Below, one piece after another: positions 51,586 through 60,986 of a stretch of 64,000 nt of DNA. A program made the translations under genes and the position numbers. The DNA comes from Candidatus Eiseniibacteriota bacterium. Its GTDB lineage: Bacteria > Eisenbacteria > RBG-16-71-46 > CAZAMP01. The stretch is taken from assembly GCA_965224245.1 (NCBI GenBank), contig OZ245046.1, forward strand, positions 2,912,001 to 2,976,000, given 5' to 3'. Position 1 is the first letter of the stretch, and every line of letters begins with the position of its first letter. Below the pieces are notes generated by a model. That model did not search any database. It was given only the letters and a program-made list of their open reading frames with translations, and was not told the origin of the DNA.

Positions 51586-51617
51586 AATATACGCCATTGG
51601 CTTACTACGTCAATGGC
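51586..51617 (-). promoter_or_regulatory. sigma70 promoter TTGACG-N16-TATATT with operator GCCATTG-N11-CAATGGC
   Basis: Minus strand gccattgacg tagtaagccaatggcg tatatt. Confidence 0.7.
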
Positions 51618-51632
51618 TTATTTACAGTCTCA

Positions 51633-51731
51633 GCCTAACGTTGCGTTTCAGCAGCGGGCGCCTCTGGCGCGGCCCTGGCTCTGCCAGGGCCGTGACAGAG
51701 GTGATCCGTCCGCTGCAGACGCTTGTTAGGC
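51633..51731 (-). other. attC site
   Basis: gcctaac..gcgtttcagcag..ggccctggctctgccagggcc..ccgctgcagacgc..gttaggc. Confidence 0.88.
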
Positions 51732-51785
51732 GACTCCCCACGACACCTCTGATTCTTGCGGGACGCTGCGTTCGCAACTGCACGT

Positions 51786-52184
51786 CTACCTAGGAATACG
51801 TGGATCTGAGTCCGGAATCCGTCGGATCTTCGCATGCACGATGCAGGTTCCCTCAGGAGATCCGAATTGCTTGGGCCGACCGTCACTCTCGGGTGCCTTG
51901 CACACCTCCAGCGTTTCCCCAGCGAAGCGATAGATGGTCAGTTCACGACCTCGAACCCCGAGCACGTGGTGATCTTCCTGCACGTTCGTGAAGCCGGGTG
52001 GGTCAGTCTGAAAGTCCTTGTGCCTGCCGGCGGCGATTCGCACCCCGTTCCGATACGCCTCAAAACGCCCGTCGGAATGAATGCGCTCGATGGTTCCGCC
52101 CAGGTCCTCGGCCTTGCCGCCACGCACATAGGAGACGAGCTCCCACCAGCCGACGAATTCTGATGGCTGTCCGATTCTTGTCAA
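51786..52184 (-). CDS. Hypothetical protein (lipocalin-like beta-barrel?)
   Basis: F.G.W.LVS...GG, IY...G.TL.VC......RP..F; RBS GAGGAG. Confidence 0.6.
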   Translation of the reverse strand: MTRIGQPSEFVGWWELVSYVRGGKAEDLGGTIERIHSDGRFEAYRNGVRIAAGRHKDFQTDPPGFTNVQEDHHVLGVRGRELTIYRFAGETLEVCKAPESDGRPKQFGSPEGTCIVHAKIRRIPDSDPRIPR

Positions 52185-52207
52185 TGTTCAGCTCCTCAAT
52201 TGTCGCC

Positions 52208-52399
52208 GCCTAACGTATCGAGGCTCACCTGCGAGGCGCGCCTCACACCGACGTGTCGCGAAGCTCTCCTCTCCCGATGCCCGGAGGCATCGTGAATCGA
52301 CGAAGAGGAGAGAGAATCAGAGTACCGCCTCGAGCCGGAGTGCCACCGGAGCACCGAGGCGGGGCGTACGCGCCACAGGGGGCCGAACACATGTTACTG
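52208..52399 (-). other. Long, branched attC-like site at the array head
   Basis: gcctaac..ggctcacctgcgaggcgcg pairs partly with cgcgccacagggggcc..gttactg; two internal hairpins. Confidence 0.55.
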
Positions 52400-52427
52400 G
52401 GCACCGTGCCCAAACCGGCGCTGCCGG

Positions 52428-55109
52428 CTAGGATGGTGCCGACGTCGCCGCGGAGACCCGGAACACCAGCCCTTCTTCATCGCGGTCCAGCCGCACCCGC
52501 GATCCATCCCGGATCTCCCCCGCGATGATCTTCCTACTGATCGGCGTCTCCACCTGCGTCTGGATCACCCGCCGTAGCGGCCGCGCCCCGTACTGCGGGT
52601 CATACCCCCGCTCCGCGAGAAGCTCCCGCGCCTCGGGCGTGATCTCGAGCACGATCCGCCGCTCCGCCAGACGCCGAGCCAGATGGCCGATCTGGATGTC
52701 GACGATCCCGCCGATCTCCGCACGCGCCAGCGTGTGGAACACCACCGTCTCGTCCACGCGGTTCAGAAACTCCGGACGGAAGTGAACCCGCAGCTCGGCC
52801 ATGATCTTCTCGCGCATCGCCTCGTAGTCCTCATCCCCGCGCGAGGAGTGCGCCAGGATCTCGTGACTCCCGATGTTCGAGGTCATGATCAGCACGGTGT
52901 TCCGGAAGTCCACGGTGCGACCCTGCGAGTCAGTGAGGCGACCGTCGTCGAGGATCTGGAGGAACGTGTTGAACACGTCCGGGTGCGCCTTCTCGATCTC
53001 GTCGAACAGCACCACGCTGTACGGGCGCCGCCGCACCGCCTCGGTGAGCTGTCCGCCCTCGTCGTAGCCGACGTACCCGGGTGGCGCACCCACGAGGCGC
53101 GAGACCGTGTGGCGCTCCTGGTACTCGGACATGTCGATGCGAATCAGGTTTCGCTCGTCGTCGAACAGATGCGCGGCCAGCGCCTTGGCCACCTCGGTCT
53201 TCCCCACCCCGGTCGGCCCGAGGAAGATGAACGATCCCACCGGTCGATCGGGATCCTGGATGCCCGCACGCGAGCGCAGCACGGCGTCGGCCACCGCGCG
53301 CACCGCATCGTCCTGACCGACGACGCGCTCGTGGAGGATCGCCTCCAGACCGAGGAGCTTCTCGGCCTCACCCTCCACGAGCTTCGACACCGGGATCTTC
53401 GTCCAGCGCGAGACCACCTCCGCGATGTCGGTGGCGGTCACGACCTCGTGAAGAAGCCGTCCGCGGCCCTCGGCGCCGCCGGTCCCGGCGGCGCCGTCGG
53501 CCCCGGCCTCACCGGACCCATCGCCGTCGGCGGCTCCCGCCTCGGTCTCGTGCTCGGACTCGGCCAGACGCTTCTCCAGCTCGGCCAGGCGCCCGTAGCG
53601 CAGCTCGGCCACCTTGCCGAGATCGTACGCGCGCTCGGCCTGCTCGATCTGGCGGCGCACGTCGTCGATCGCCTTCTTCAGCTCGCCGACCTCGGCCAGC
53701 TTGGCCTTCTCGGCCTTCCAGCGCGCGGTCAGCGTCTCGGCGGTCTCCCGGAGATCGGCCAGCTCGGACTCGAGCGCCTTCAGCCGCTCCTTCGACGCGG
53801 CGTCCTTCTCCTTTCGGAGCGCCTCGCGCTCGATCTCGAGGCGCATCACCTTGCGGCTCACCTCGTCGAGCTCGGTGGGCATCGAGTCGATCTCGGTGCG
53901 AAGCCGCGCCGCCGACTCGTCCACGAGGTCGATCGCCTTGTCGGGCAGGAACCGGTCGGCGATGTACCGGTGGCTCAGCGTGGCCGCGGCCACGAGCGCG
54001 GCGTCGGCGATGCGGACGCCGTGGTGCGCCTCGTAGCGCTCCTTCAGCCCGCGGAGGATCGAGATCGTGTCGGTCACCGAGGGCTCGTCCACCACCACGG
54101 TCTGGAAGCGTCGCTCCAGCGCCGGGTCCTTCTCGATGTGCTTGCGGTACTCGTCGAGCGTGGTCGCGCCGATCGCGTGCAGCTCACCGCGGGCCAGCAT
54201 CGGCTTGAGGAGGTTCGACGCGTCCATCGCGCCCTCGGCGGCGCCGGCGCCGACGACCGTGTGCAGCTCGTCGATGAACAGGATCACGCGACCCTCGGCG
54301 GCCTGGATCTCCTTCAGCACCGCCTTCAGCCGCTCCTCGAACTCACCGCGGAACTTCGCGCCGGCGATCAGCGCGCCCATGTCGAGCGCGGTCAGGCGCT
54401 TGTCCTTCAGCCCCTCGGGCACGTCGCCGTTCACGATGCGGAGCGCCAGCCCCTCGGCGATCGCGGTCTTGCCCACGCCGGGCTCGCCGATCAGCACGGG
54501 GTTGTTCTTCGTGCGCCGCGAAAGGATCTGCATGACCCGGCGGATCTCGTCGTCGCGTCCGATGACCGGGTCCAGCTTGCCGTCCCGCGCCAGCGCGGTC
54601 AGGTCGCGGCCGTACTTCTCGAGCGACTGGTACGTGCTCTCGGGGTTGTCGCTGGTCACGCGCTGGTTGCCCCGCACGCTCGCGAGCGCCCTCAGGAGAG
54701 CGTCGCGAGTGACGCCGGTCTCCGCGAGAATGCGGCCGAGCGGCGTGTTCCGGCCCTCGGCGGTGGCGGCCAGGAGCAGGTGCTCCACGCTGACGTACTC
54801 GTCCTTGAGCGCCTTCGCCTCGTCCTCGGCCTTGGCCAGGAGGCGCAGTGTGCGCTGTCCCATCACGAGATCGCCTGGCGTGCTCGAGAACGTGGGCAGC
54901 GCCTCGACCGCGCGCTCGACCTCCTGGGTGATCGTGTCCACCGGCGCCCCGGTCGCCTCGAGGACGGGGCGGCTGATGCCGCCCTCCGCGGTGATCAGCG
55001 CGAGCATCAGCTGCTCGGGCTCGAGGTGGGTATGGTTGCGTCGAAGCGCAATCGCCTGCGCACTGGACAGCGCTTCGCGCGCGCGCTGGGTGAGTCGGTC
55101 CATGTTCAT
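52428..55109 (-). CDS. clpB: ATP-dependent chaperone ClpB
   Basis: [23 protein letters not shown]-domain coiled coil, [17 protein letters not shown]. Confidence 0.97.
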   Translation of the reverse strand: MNMDRLTQRAREALSSAQAIALRRNHTHLEPEQLMLALITAEGGISRPVLEATGAPVDTITQEVERAVEALPTFSSTPGDLVMGQRTLRLLAKAEDEAKALKDEYVSVEHLLLAATAEGRNTPLGRILAETGVTRDALLRALASVRGNQRVTSDNPESTYQSLEKYGRDLTALARDGKLDPVIGRDDEIRRVMQILSRRTKNNPVLIGEPGVGKTAIAEGLALRIVNGDVPEGLKDKRLTALDMGALIAGAKFRGEFEERLKAVLKEIQAAEGRVILFIDELHTVVGAGAAEGAMDASNLLKPMLARGELHAIGATTLDEYRKHIEKDPALERRFQTVVVDEPSVTDTISILRGLKERYEAHHGVRIADAALVAAATLSHRYIADRFLPDKAIDLVDESAARLRTEIDSMPTELDEVSRKVMRLEIEREALRKEKDAASKERLKALESELADLRETAETLTARWKAEKAKLAEVGELKKAIDDVRRQIEQAERAYDLGKVAELRYGRLAELEKRLAESEHETEAGAADGDGSGEAGADGAAGTGGAEGRGRLLHEVVTATDIAEVVSRWTKIPVSKLVEGEAEKLLGLEAILHERVVGQDDAVRAVADAVLRSRAGIQDPDRPVGSFIFLGPTGVGKTEVAKALAAHLFDDERNLIRIDMSEYQERHTVSRLVGAPPGYVGYDEGGQLTEAVRRRPYSVVLFDEIEKAHPDVFNTFLQILDDGRLTDSQGRTVDFRNTVLIMTSNIGSHEILAHSSRGDEDYEAMREKIMAELRVHFRPEFLNRVDETVVFHTLARAEIGGIVDIQIGHLARRLAERRIVLEITPEARELLAERGYDPQYGARPLRRVIQTQVETPISRKIIAGEIRDGSRVRLDRDEEGLVFRVSAATSAPS

Positions 55110-55134
55110 GTCGAACCTCCGTGCCGTGCTCCGA

Positions 55135-56373
55135 TCAGGACCGGGACGGCGCCGAGACGAGCACGATGACTCGCGGCAGGCCGTGTCCCTCGTCCTTGAC
55201 CGGGATGAGACGAACGGAGAGCGGGTCCCCCTCCGGTCCGGACCCATTCGTCCATGTGAACTGGTCGTCTGTCTTCTCGTGCTGCACGCGCTTGAGGAGC
55301 TCGAGGGCGTCGGGCCCGAGCACCTCGTCGATCCGGTGGCCCTCGCAGTCGTCGGACTCGATCCCGAGCTGCGATCGGAACGTCGCGTTCGCCTGCGACA
55401 CGATCGCGGCCGGGTTCACCAGCGCGACGCCGATCTCCCCGTCGCTCGCGGCCAGGAGCGCGTCGACCATCCGTCGCTCCTCGCGCACGCGCTTGGTCTT
55501 GAGGGTGTCGAACACCCGGAGTCGTCCGAGGGTCCGTCCCAGGCCGCCGGCCAGCGCGTCGGCCTCGTGGAGCCCGGTGCGGACGACGGCGACGTTGTAG
55601 TTGCCGTCGGCCGCCTGGTGGAGGATGCGGCCGAGCACCCCGAGCGGCCGGCGGATGCGCCGCGTGGCCCACACCCCGACGGCGATCGCCACGACGAGGG
55701 CCAGCACGAGACCCAGCGCCGTATTCCGGAGCGCACGGAGTGCGGCCTCCCGCCCCGCCATCTCCGCAGCCCGGGTGAACGCACCGGCGCCCAGGCCTGC
55801 AACCTGGTTCAGCGAAGCCACTTCGGACCGAAGCGCCTCGCACCGGCCCGCCGGCAGGTCGCCGCCCGTGACGGCGCCCGCCTCGGGCGCCAGGTAGCGG
55901 AGCGTCCCGATGCGTTGTACCACGTCGGCGAGGTACGGGTTCGCGTCGGCGAGCGCCCGCACCGGGCTGCTCGTCGCCGGCGCGCCCGCCGCGTCGCCGG
56001 GGCCGCTCGTGGCTGGATGCGTGACCAGTCCCAGAAGCGACACGCGCCGCTCGCCGAGCGCGGTGATGATCTCGCCCACGCGCGCGGCGTCGTCGCACGT
56101 CCGGGCCACCGCGGCCAGCTCGAGCCCGAGAGCATGGATGCGGGTCAGGTCGTGCTGGATTCGCTCGGCGCGAGCATGCTCGGCGCTCTCGGGCGAGCGC
56201 GCCAGCTCGCGCAGGTACAGGAGTCCCATCAGCGACGGGAGCGCCGCCACCCCGAACACCACGCCGAGGCTCAGCGCGAGGATGCGCGAGACCGAGGCCA
56301 GCACCCGCTTGCGGGGCGCCGCGGCCGCGGTCGCGGCCGCCGGGTCGTTCTGCTCGTGGCGTCGGCGGGCCAT
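55135..56373 (-). CDS. Two-TM membrane protein with HAMP and PAS-like domains and no kinase
   Basis: Two TM helices; RRPL..L...GNY..E...L (HAMP); ANATF...LG......G (PAS-like); no H-box. Confidence 0.6.
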   Translation of the reverse strand: MARRRHEQNDPAAATAAAAPRKRVLASVSRILALSLGVVFGVAALPSLMGLLYLRELARSPESAEHARAERIQHDLTRIHALGLELAAVARTCDDAARVGEIITALGERRVSLLGLVTHPATSGPGDAAGAPATSSPVRALADANPYLADVVQRIGTLRYLAPEAGAVTGGDLPAGRCEALRSEVASLNQVAGLGAGAFTRAAEMAGREAALRALRNTALGLVLALVVAIAVGVWATRRIRRPLGVLGRILHQAADGNYNVAVVRTGLHEADALAGGLGRTLGRLRVFDTLKTKRVREERRMVDALLAASDGEIGVALVNPAAIVSQANATFRSQLGIESDDCEGHRIDEVLGPDALELLKRVQHEKTDDQFTWTNGSGPEGDPLSVRLIPVKDEGHGLPRVIVLVSAPSRS

Positions 56374-56380
56374 CGCGCGG

Positions 56381-57073
56381 TCAGGACCCGGTGGCGCCGA
56401 GCGCGTCGATCCGCTCGGCCGGGCCCATGACGATGAGCACGTCGCCCTCGGCGAGCGTGTCCTCGGCGCCGGGCAGATCGTTGACGACGTTCTCGGTGAC
56501 GTTGCTGCCGTCCTCGGAGACCGCCGGCTCCACACGCTTGACCCCGATGACGTTCACGCCCAGCTCGCGGCGGAAGCCGACCTCGCCGATCGTCCGGCCC
56601 ACCCAGTCGGGCTGCACGCCGATCTCGACCACCTTGCGCCCCGATCGCAGCGTGATGATCTCGCTGAAGTCGGGCGCCACCAGCCGGTTGGCCACCTGAA
56701 CGCCGATCTCGTCCTCCGGAAACACGACCTCGTTGGCGCCGATCAGGGTCAGGATGCGGGCCTGGATCGGCGTGGTCGCCCGGGCGACGATGCGCGGCAC
56801 GCCGATCTGCCGGAGGATCGCCGTGCCCAGGATCGTCACCAGCTGCTGCTCCCCGATGGCCACGACGGCCGCGTCGACCTCGTCCAGGGCGATCCCGCGC
56901 ATGGCGTCCTCGTCGGTCACGTCGGCGGTCACCGCGAGCGCGACCCGGTCGCGGAGACGCGCCACGACGTCGGTGTCGTGGTCGACCGCGAGCACGTCCT
57001 GACCCCGATCGGCCAGCTCCAGCGCCACCCGACTCCCGAACTGTCCGAGCCCCAGCACCGCGATCTTGCTCAT
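56381..57073 (-). CDS. trkA: TrkA/KtrA potassium uptake NAD-binding subunit
   Basis: [23 protein letters not shown], TrkA-C domain. Confidence 0.92.
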   Translation of the reverse strand: MSKIAVLGLGQFGSRVALELADRGQDVLAVDHDTDVVARLRDRVALAVTADVTDEDAMRGIALDEVDAAVVAIGEQQLVTILGTAILRQIGVPRIVARATTPIQARILTLIGANEVVFPEDEIGVQVANRLVAPDFSEIITLRSGRKVVEIGVQPDWVGRTIGEVGFRRELGVNVIGVKRVEPAVSEDGSNVTENVVNDLPGAEDTLAEGDVLIVMGPAERIDALGATGS

Positions 57074-57118
57074 CGAGTCGCTCCTCGGCACCGAGCCGGC
57101 CGCCGTCCTCGGCGCGGA

Positions 57119-58882
57119 CTAGCCGACGATCACGTGCCCTTCGGGGTACTGGAAACGAACCGATCGCGCACGCGCGCCGACGGCCAGGACGAGCGTGAGG
57201 GGCCCCACACGACCGAGAAACATCAGTGCGATGATAAGAACGCGTCCGGGGTCGGTCAACGTGCCGGTCACGCCGGTGGAGAGTCCCACGGTGCCGATCG
57301 CGCTGATCGTCTCGAAGAACAGCCCCAGGAACGGCGCCGACTCGGTCCGCGCGAGCACGACCAGCGACACCAGCGCGAGCGCCACCGCCAGGAGCGTCAG
57401 CGCGATCACCTTCTGCACGATCATCCCCGACACGCGTCGACCGAACGCCTCCACCTCGGGGCGCTCGTGGAGGTAGCTCCTCACGGTCAGGACGAGCACG
57501 CCCAGCGTGGTCACCTTCACCCCGCCCCCAGTGGACGCAGGGCCGGCCCCCACGAACATCAGCGCGATCACGACCAGGAGCGCCGCCGGGCCGAGCCGCT
57601 CGGTGGGCAGGGTCTCGAACCCCGCCGTACGCGCCGTCACCGACTGGAACGTGGCGGCGAGCACCTTGGCTCCCGGCGACAGCTCGGCCAGCGCGTGGTC
57701 GAACTCGAGAAAGTACACGACCGCGGCGCCGGCCACGACCAGCACCGCGGACACCGTCAGCGTCAGCCTCGCGTGAAACGACAGCCGCCGCGTCCGCCTC
57801 CCGTGGGCGCGGGCTCGCACGCGTTCCCCGAGCTCGTCGAGAACCGGGAACCCGAGACCGCCCGCGACGATGAGCGCCATCATCACGATCGACACGCCCG
57901 GGTCGCCGGCGAACGCCCGGAGGCTGTCGGAGTAGAGCGAGAACCCCGCGTTGCAGAACGCGGAGATCGCGTGGAACACCGCCGACCACAGCGCCTCCAC
58001 CGGCGGCGCGTATCGCGACAGCACGCCCCACAGGCACACCGCGCCGATGGCCTCGGTCACGAGCGTCCAGACCACCACGTGACGGATCAGTCGCCGCAGC
58101 ACGCCGAGCGACTCGGGCTCCCACACGCCGCTCAGCGCGGCCTCCTCGCGAAAGCCCATGCGCCCCCCGACGAGGATCAGGATGCCGGCCCACAGCGTCA
58201 TGATGCCGAGCCCACCCACTTGGATCAGGACCAGGATCACCGTCTGACCGAGCGGGCTCCAGTGCGTGGCGGTGTCCACGACGATCAGCCCGGTCACGCA
58301 GACCGCGCTCGTGGCGGTGAAGAGCGCGTCGAGCGCGCGCGTCCCGGTGCCCCCGACCGTCATCACCGGGGATGCCAGGAGCGCCCAGCCGAGGAGGATC
58401 AACGCCCCGAACGTGACCACGATCAGGACCGACGGCCGGCGACCCACCGCGTCGGCCGGACGCGAGAACTCGGGCCAGGTGAGCCACGCGCGGGCCGTGG
58501 CCACCGCCTGCGCCACGACGAGCGCGACGTGATGTCCGCGGCCGACCCCCACCAGCGCCAGCACGCCGGCCACCAGGACGAGGTCGACGAATCGCGTTCG
58601 TCGGGAGCCCCGCCGGGCGAGGGCGCCCGCGACCGCGCGCCACGCGAACAGCGCGAGCACCACCGTGATCGCCGCGATCGGGATGGCATCGGGCCAGCCG
58701 TCGAAGCGGTAGTGCCGGACGATCCGGAACCCCGCGGCCGCCGCCCCCACGAGCAAGACCAGCGGGCCGAGACGCGAGGAGGACGGCACGGCGGCTACGT
58801 CTCCGGCCGTGCGTCGACCGGACGCCCCACCAGCCGCACGACGGCGATCACCGCCGCGACGCCGATCCCGATCGACATCCAC
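57119..58882 (-). CDS. trkH: TrkH/KtrB potassium uptake membrane subunit (start uncertain)
   Basis: ATSAVCVTGL, SAFCNAGFS, RTAGF, STGGGVK, SAIGTVGLS, MFLGRVGP. Confidence 0.92.
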   Translation of the reverse strand: MDVDRDRRRGGDRRRAAGGASGRRTAGDVAAVPSSSRLGPLVLLVGAAAAGFRIVRHYRFDGWPDAIPIAAITVVLALFAWRAVAGALARRGSRRTRFVDLVLVAGVLALVGVGRGHHVALVVAQAVATARAWLTWPEFSRPADAVGRRPSVLIVVTFGALILLGWALLASPVMTVGGTGTRALDALFTATSAVCVTGLIVVDTATHWSPLGQTVILVLIQVGGLGIMTLWAGILILVGGRMGFREEAALSGVWEPESLGVLRRLIRHVVVWTLVTEAIGAVCLWGVLSRYAPPVEALWSAVFHAISAFCNAGFSLYSDSLRAFAGDPGVSIVMMALIVAGGLGFPVLDELGERVRARAHGRRTRRLSFHARLTLTVSAVLVVAGAAVVYFLEFDHALAELSPGAKVLAATFQSVTARTAGFETLPTERLGPAALLVVIALMFVGAGPASTGGGVKVTTLGVLVLTVRSYLHERPEVEAFGRRVSGMIVQKVIALTLLAVALALVSLVVLARTESAPFLGLFFETISAIGTVGLSTGVTGTLTDPGRVLIIALMFLGRVGPLTLVLAVGARARSVRFQYPEGHVIVG

Positions 58883-60921
58883 GCCGGGAGCCCGACCGCC
58901 GACGGCAGGTCCCCGACGAGGATCGCGATCGCGGCGGCGGTCAGCGCGTACGGGAGCTGTGTCCGTACGTGATCCATGTGATCGGCTCCGGTGGCGAGCG
59001 ACGAGAGCACCGTCGTATCGGAGATCGGCGAGCAGTGGTCACCGAACACCGACCCGGCGAGCACGCCCGACACCGCGCCGAGGAGAATGTGCTCGGAGCC
59101 GTTCCCGACCTGGTAGCCGAGCGGCACCACGATCGGCACCAGGATCGCCATCGTCCCCCAGCTGGTTCCGGTCGCGAACGACACGAGCGCGCTCATCAGG
59201 AACACCGCGGCCGGGAGCAGCGCCGCCGGAAAGCGATCCCCGAGCGCGCCGACCAGCACGTCGGCGGTGCCCATCGCGCCGCAGACCGCGCCGATGCCCC
59301 AGGCCAGGACGAGGATCACCATCGCGGTCGTCATCGCCCGCACGCCGTCGACCCAGGCCGACATCGCCTGGGCGAGCGAGAGCGCGCGCCGGCCCACGCC
59401 GAGGACGATGGCCACGATCGATCCCCAGGCCCCCGCCCACAGCAGCGCGGTGTACGAGTCACCCTCGCCGAACGCGGCCGAGATCGTGCGGCCGCCCTCG
59501 GGCAGCGCGTTCCACCCCGTCATCGCGATCCCCAGCAGCGTGACCAGGATGACCACGACGATCGGCGCGAGCGCGTTCGACGCGTGTGCGTGCTCGAGCA
59601 CGTGCGGCGGGACCGCTCCCTCCATCGTGTCGGCCATGGGATCGGCGCCCTCGCGCACGACGCCGTGGCCCCGGCGGGCGCGGCGCTCGGCGGTGAGCAT
59701 CGGTCCGAAGTCGCGCCCGGTCAGGATGACCCCGAGGCCCAGGATGAGCGCGAAGATCGGATAGAACCGGTACGGGATCGAGGCCACGAACACGCCGTAC
59801 GCGTCCCGCTCGACACCGATGCCCGAGAGCGCGCCGGCGATGAGCCCCACCTCGAAGCCGATCCAGGTGGAGATGGGCGCGATGCTGGCGACCGGCGCCG
59901 CGGTGCTGTCGACGAGGAACGACAGCTTCTCGCGCGAGACGCGGAGCTTGTCGGTGAGCGCCCGCATCGTGTTGCCCACGATCAGCGTGTTGGCGTAGTC
60001 GTCGAAGAACACGACGAGGCCCATGAACCACGTCCCGAGCTGCCCGCCGGTGGCGGTGCGCACCCGCGCGGCGAGCGCGCGCACCATGGCCTGCCCACCG
60101 CCTCCCCGGGAGACCACGCCGCTCATGCCCCCGAGGATCAGCGCGATGAACGCGATCGTCACGTGGTCGTCGTCGAACATCGCGCCCACCACGTACGTGC
60201 TCAGCGTGCGGCTGAACGCCGTGACCGGCTGGAGCCCGGAGAGGAGCAGCGCCCCGATGAAGATTCCCGACAGGAGCGACACGACGACCTGTCGCGTGAT
60301 CAGCGCCATCCCGATCGCGATCAGCGACGGCAGGAGCGTCAGCCATCCCGGCCACACGCGCACGTCGAGGGTGTAGCGCGCGCCGTCGACCGAGATCGAT
60401 ACGTCTGCAGGATGGCGGGGCGTGTAGGAGACGTTGGTGCTCTCGCCGACGCGCAGCACGACGTTCGTGACCTCTCCGCCCGCCTCGATCGGTACGCGGA
60501 CGGGCAGGCCGCCCACCTCCTCCTCGTCGACCGCGGGGGTGACCGAGATCGTGATCGGTGCGCCGAGGAACGTGACCGGCGGCGTCTCCAGCGTGACCGG
60601 CATCGCGAGCACGCCGATGCGGGTCAGGGGCAGCCCGGGCTCGGGTTCGGCCACGGACTCCATGTCGTCGTCGAGGGTGGCCGGTGGGATGCCCTGGGCG
60701 CGAACGAGGGTGACGCCGCCGATCGCCAGCGTGAGGAGGACCGAGGCCTGGAGCACGACGTCGAGCAGCCACCCGGTGCGGCGCGGCCCACGCGAGCGCG
60801 GCTCTCGGGCCTGGGTGGCTCTCGGACTGATGGCCGACCTCCGGGTGACGCACGTTCGACAAACGACCGGGAGGGAACCGGCGTTCGGCGTTCGGATGCG
60901 GGACACTAGCACCTCGACCAT
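58795..60921 (-). CDS. NhaC-family Na+/H+ antiporter with N-terminal extracytoplasmic extension (start uncertain)
   Basis: FFDDYAN, DSTAAP, GTSWGT, GDHCSPISDTT, HVRTQLPY. Confidence 0.88.
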   Translation of the reverse strand: MVEVLVSRIRTPNAGSLPVVCRTCVTRRSAISPRATQAREPRSRGPRRTGWLLDVVLQASVLLTLAIGGVTLVRAQGIPPATLDDDMESVAEPEPGLPLTRIGVLAMPVTLETPPVTFLGAPITISVTPAVDEEEVGGLPVRVPIEAGGEVTNVVLRVGESTNVSYTPRHPADVSISVDGARYTLDVRVWPGWLTLLPSLIAIGMALITRQVVVSLLSGIFIGALLLSGLQPVTAFSRTLSTYVVGAMFDDDHVTIAFIALILGGMSGVVSRGGGGQAMVRALAARVRTATGGQLGTWFMGLVVFFDDYANTLIVGNTMRALTDKLRVSREKLSFLVDSTAAPVASIAPISTWIGFEVGLIAGALSGIGVERDAYGVFVASIPYRFYPIFALILGLGVILTGRDFGPMLTAERRARRGHGVVREGADPMADTMEGAVPPHVLEHAHASNALAPIVVVILVTLLGIAMTGWNALPEGGRTISAAFGEGDSYTALLWAGAWGSIVAIVLGVGRRALSLAQAMSAWVDGVRAMTTAMVILVLAWGIGAVCGAMGTADVLVGALGDRFPAALLPAAVFLMSALVSFATGTSWGTMAILVPIVVPLGYQVGNGSEHILLGAVSGVLAGSVFGDHCSPISDTTVLSSLATGADHMDHVRTQLPYALTAAAIAILVGDLPSAVGLPAWMSIGIGVAAVIAVVRLVGRPVDARPET

Positions 60922-60986
60922 CCGGGCTCAATCGACGAGACGACGCGGGTCTTTCCGCCGCTGATCACGACTGGTAACGTCGTCGG

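Larger units (their letters stand above)
25359..52399 (-). mobile_element. Integron gene-cassette array lacking integrase (CALIN); left boundary uncertain
   Basis: About 40 short genes, all on the minus strand, separated by attC-like imperfect palindromes (RYYYAAC...GTTRRRY). Cargo is cassette-typical. No intI in the window. Confidence 0.85.

Noticed and set aside
45144-52214. Intergenic palindromes as rho-independent terminators or REP elements
   Set aside because: They lack U-tracts, are bounded by RYYYAAC/GTTRRRY cores, and show cassette-specific end complementarity, which fits attC
25359-52399. Prophage or ICE interpretation of the accessory region
   Set aside because: No structural, replication, conjugation or integrase genes
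52215-52427. Integron integrase or attI at the array head
   Set aside because: The gap is too short, and no ORF in the window shows tyrosine-recombinase motifs (R...HxLRH...LGH...Y)
52683-58972. Long plus-strand ORFs of 828, 787 and 1020 aa
   Set aside because: Antisense to clpB/trkA/trkH, with low-complexity Arg/Ala-rich translations and no motifs
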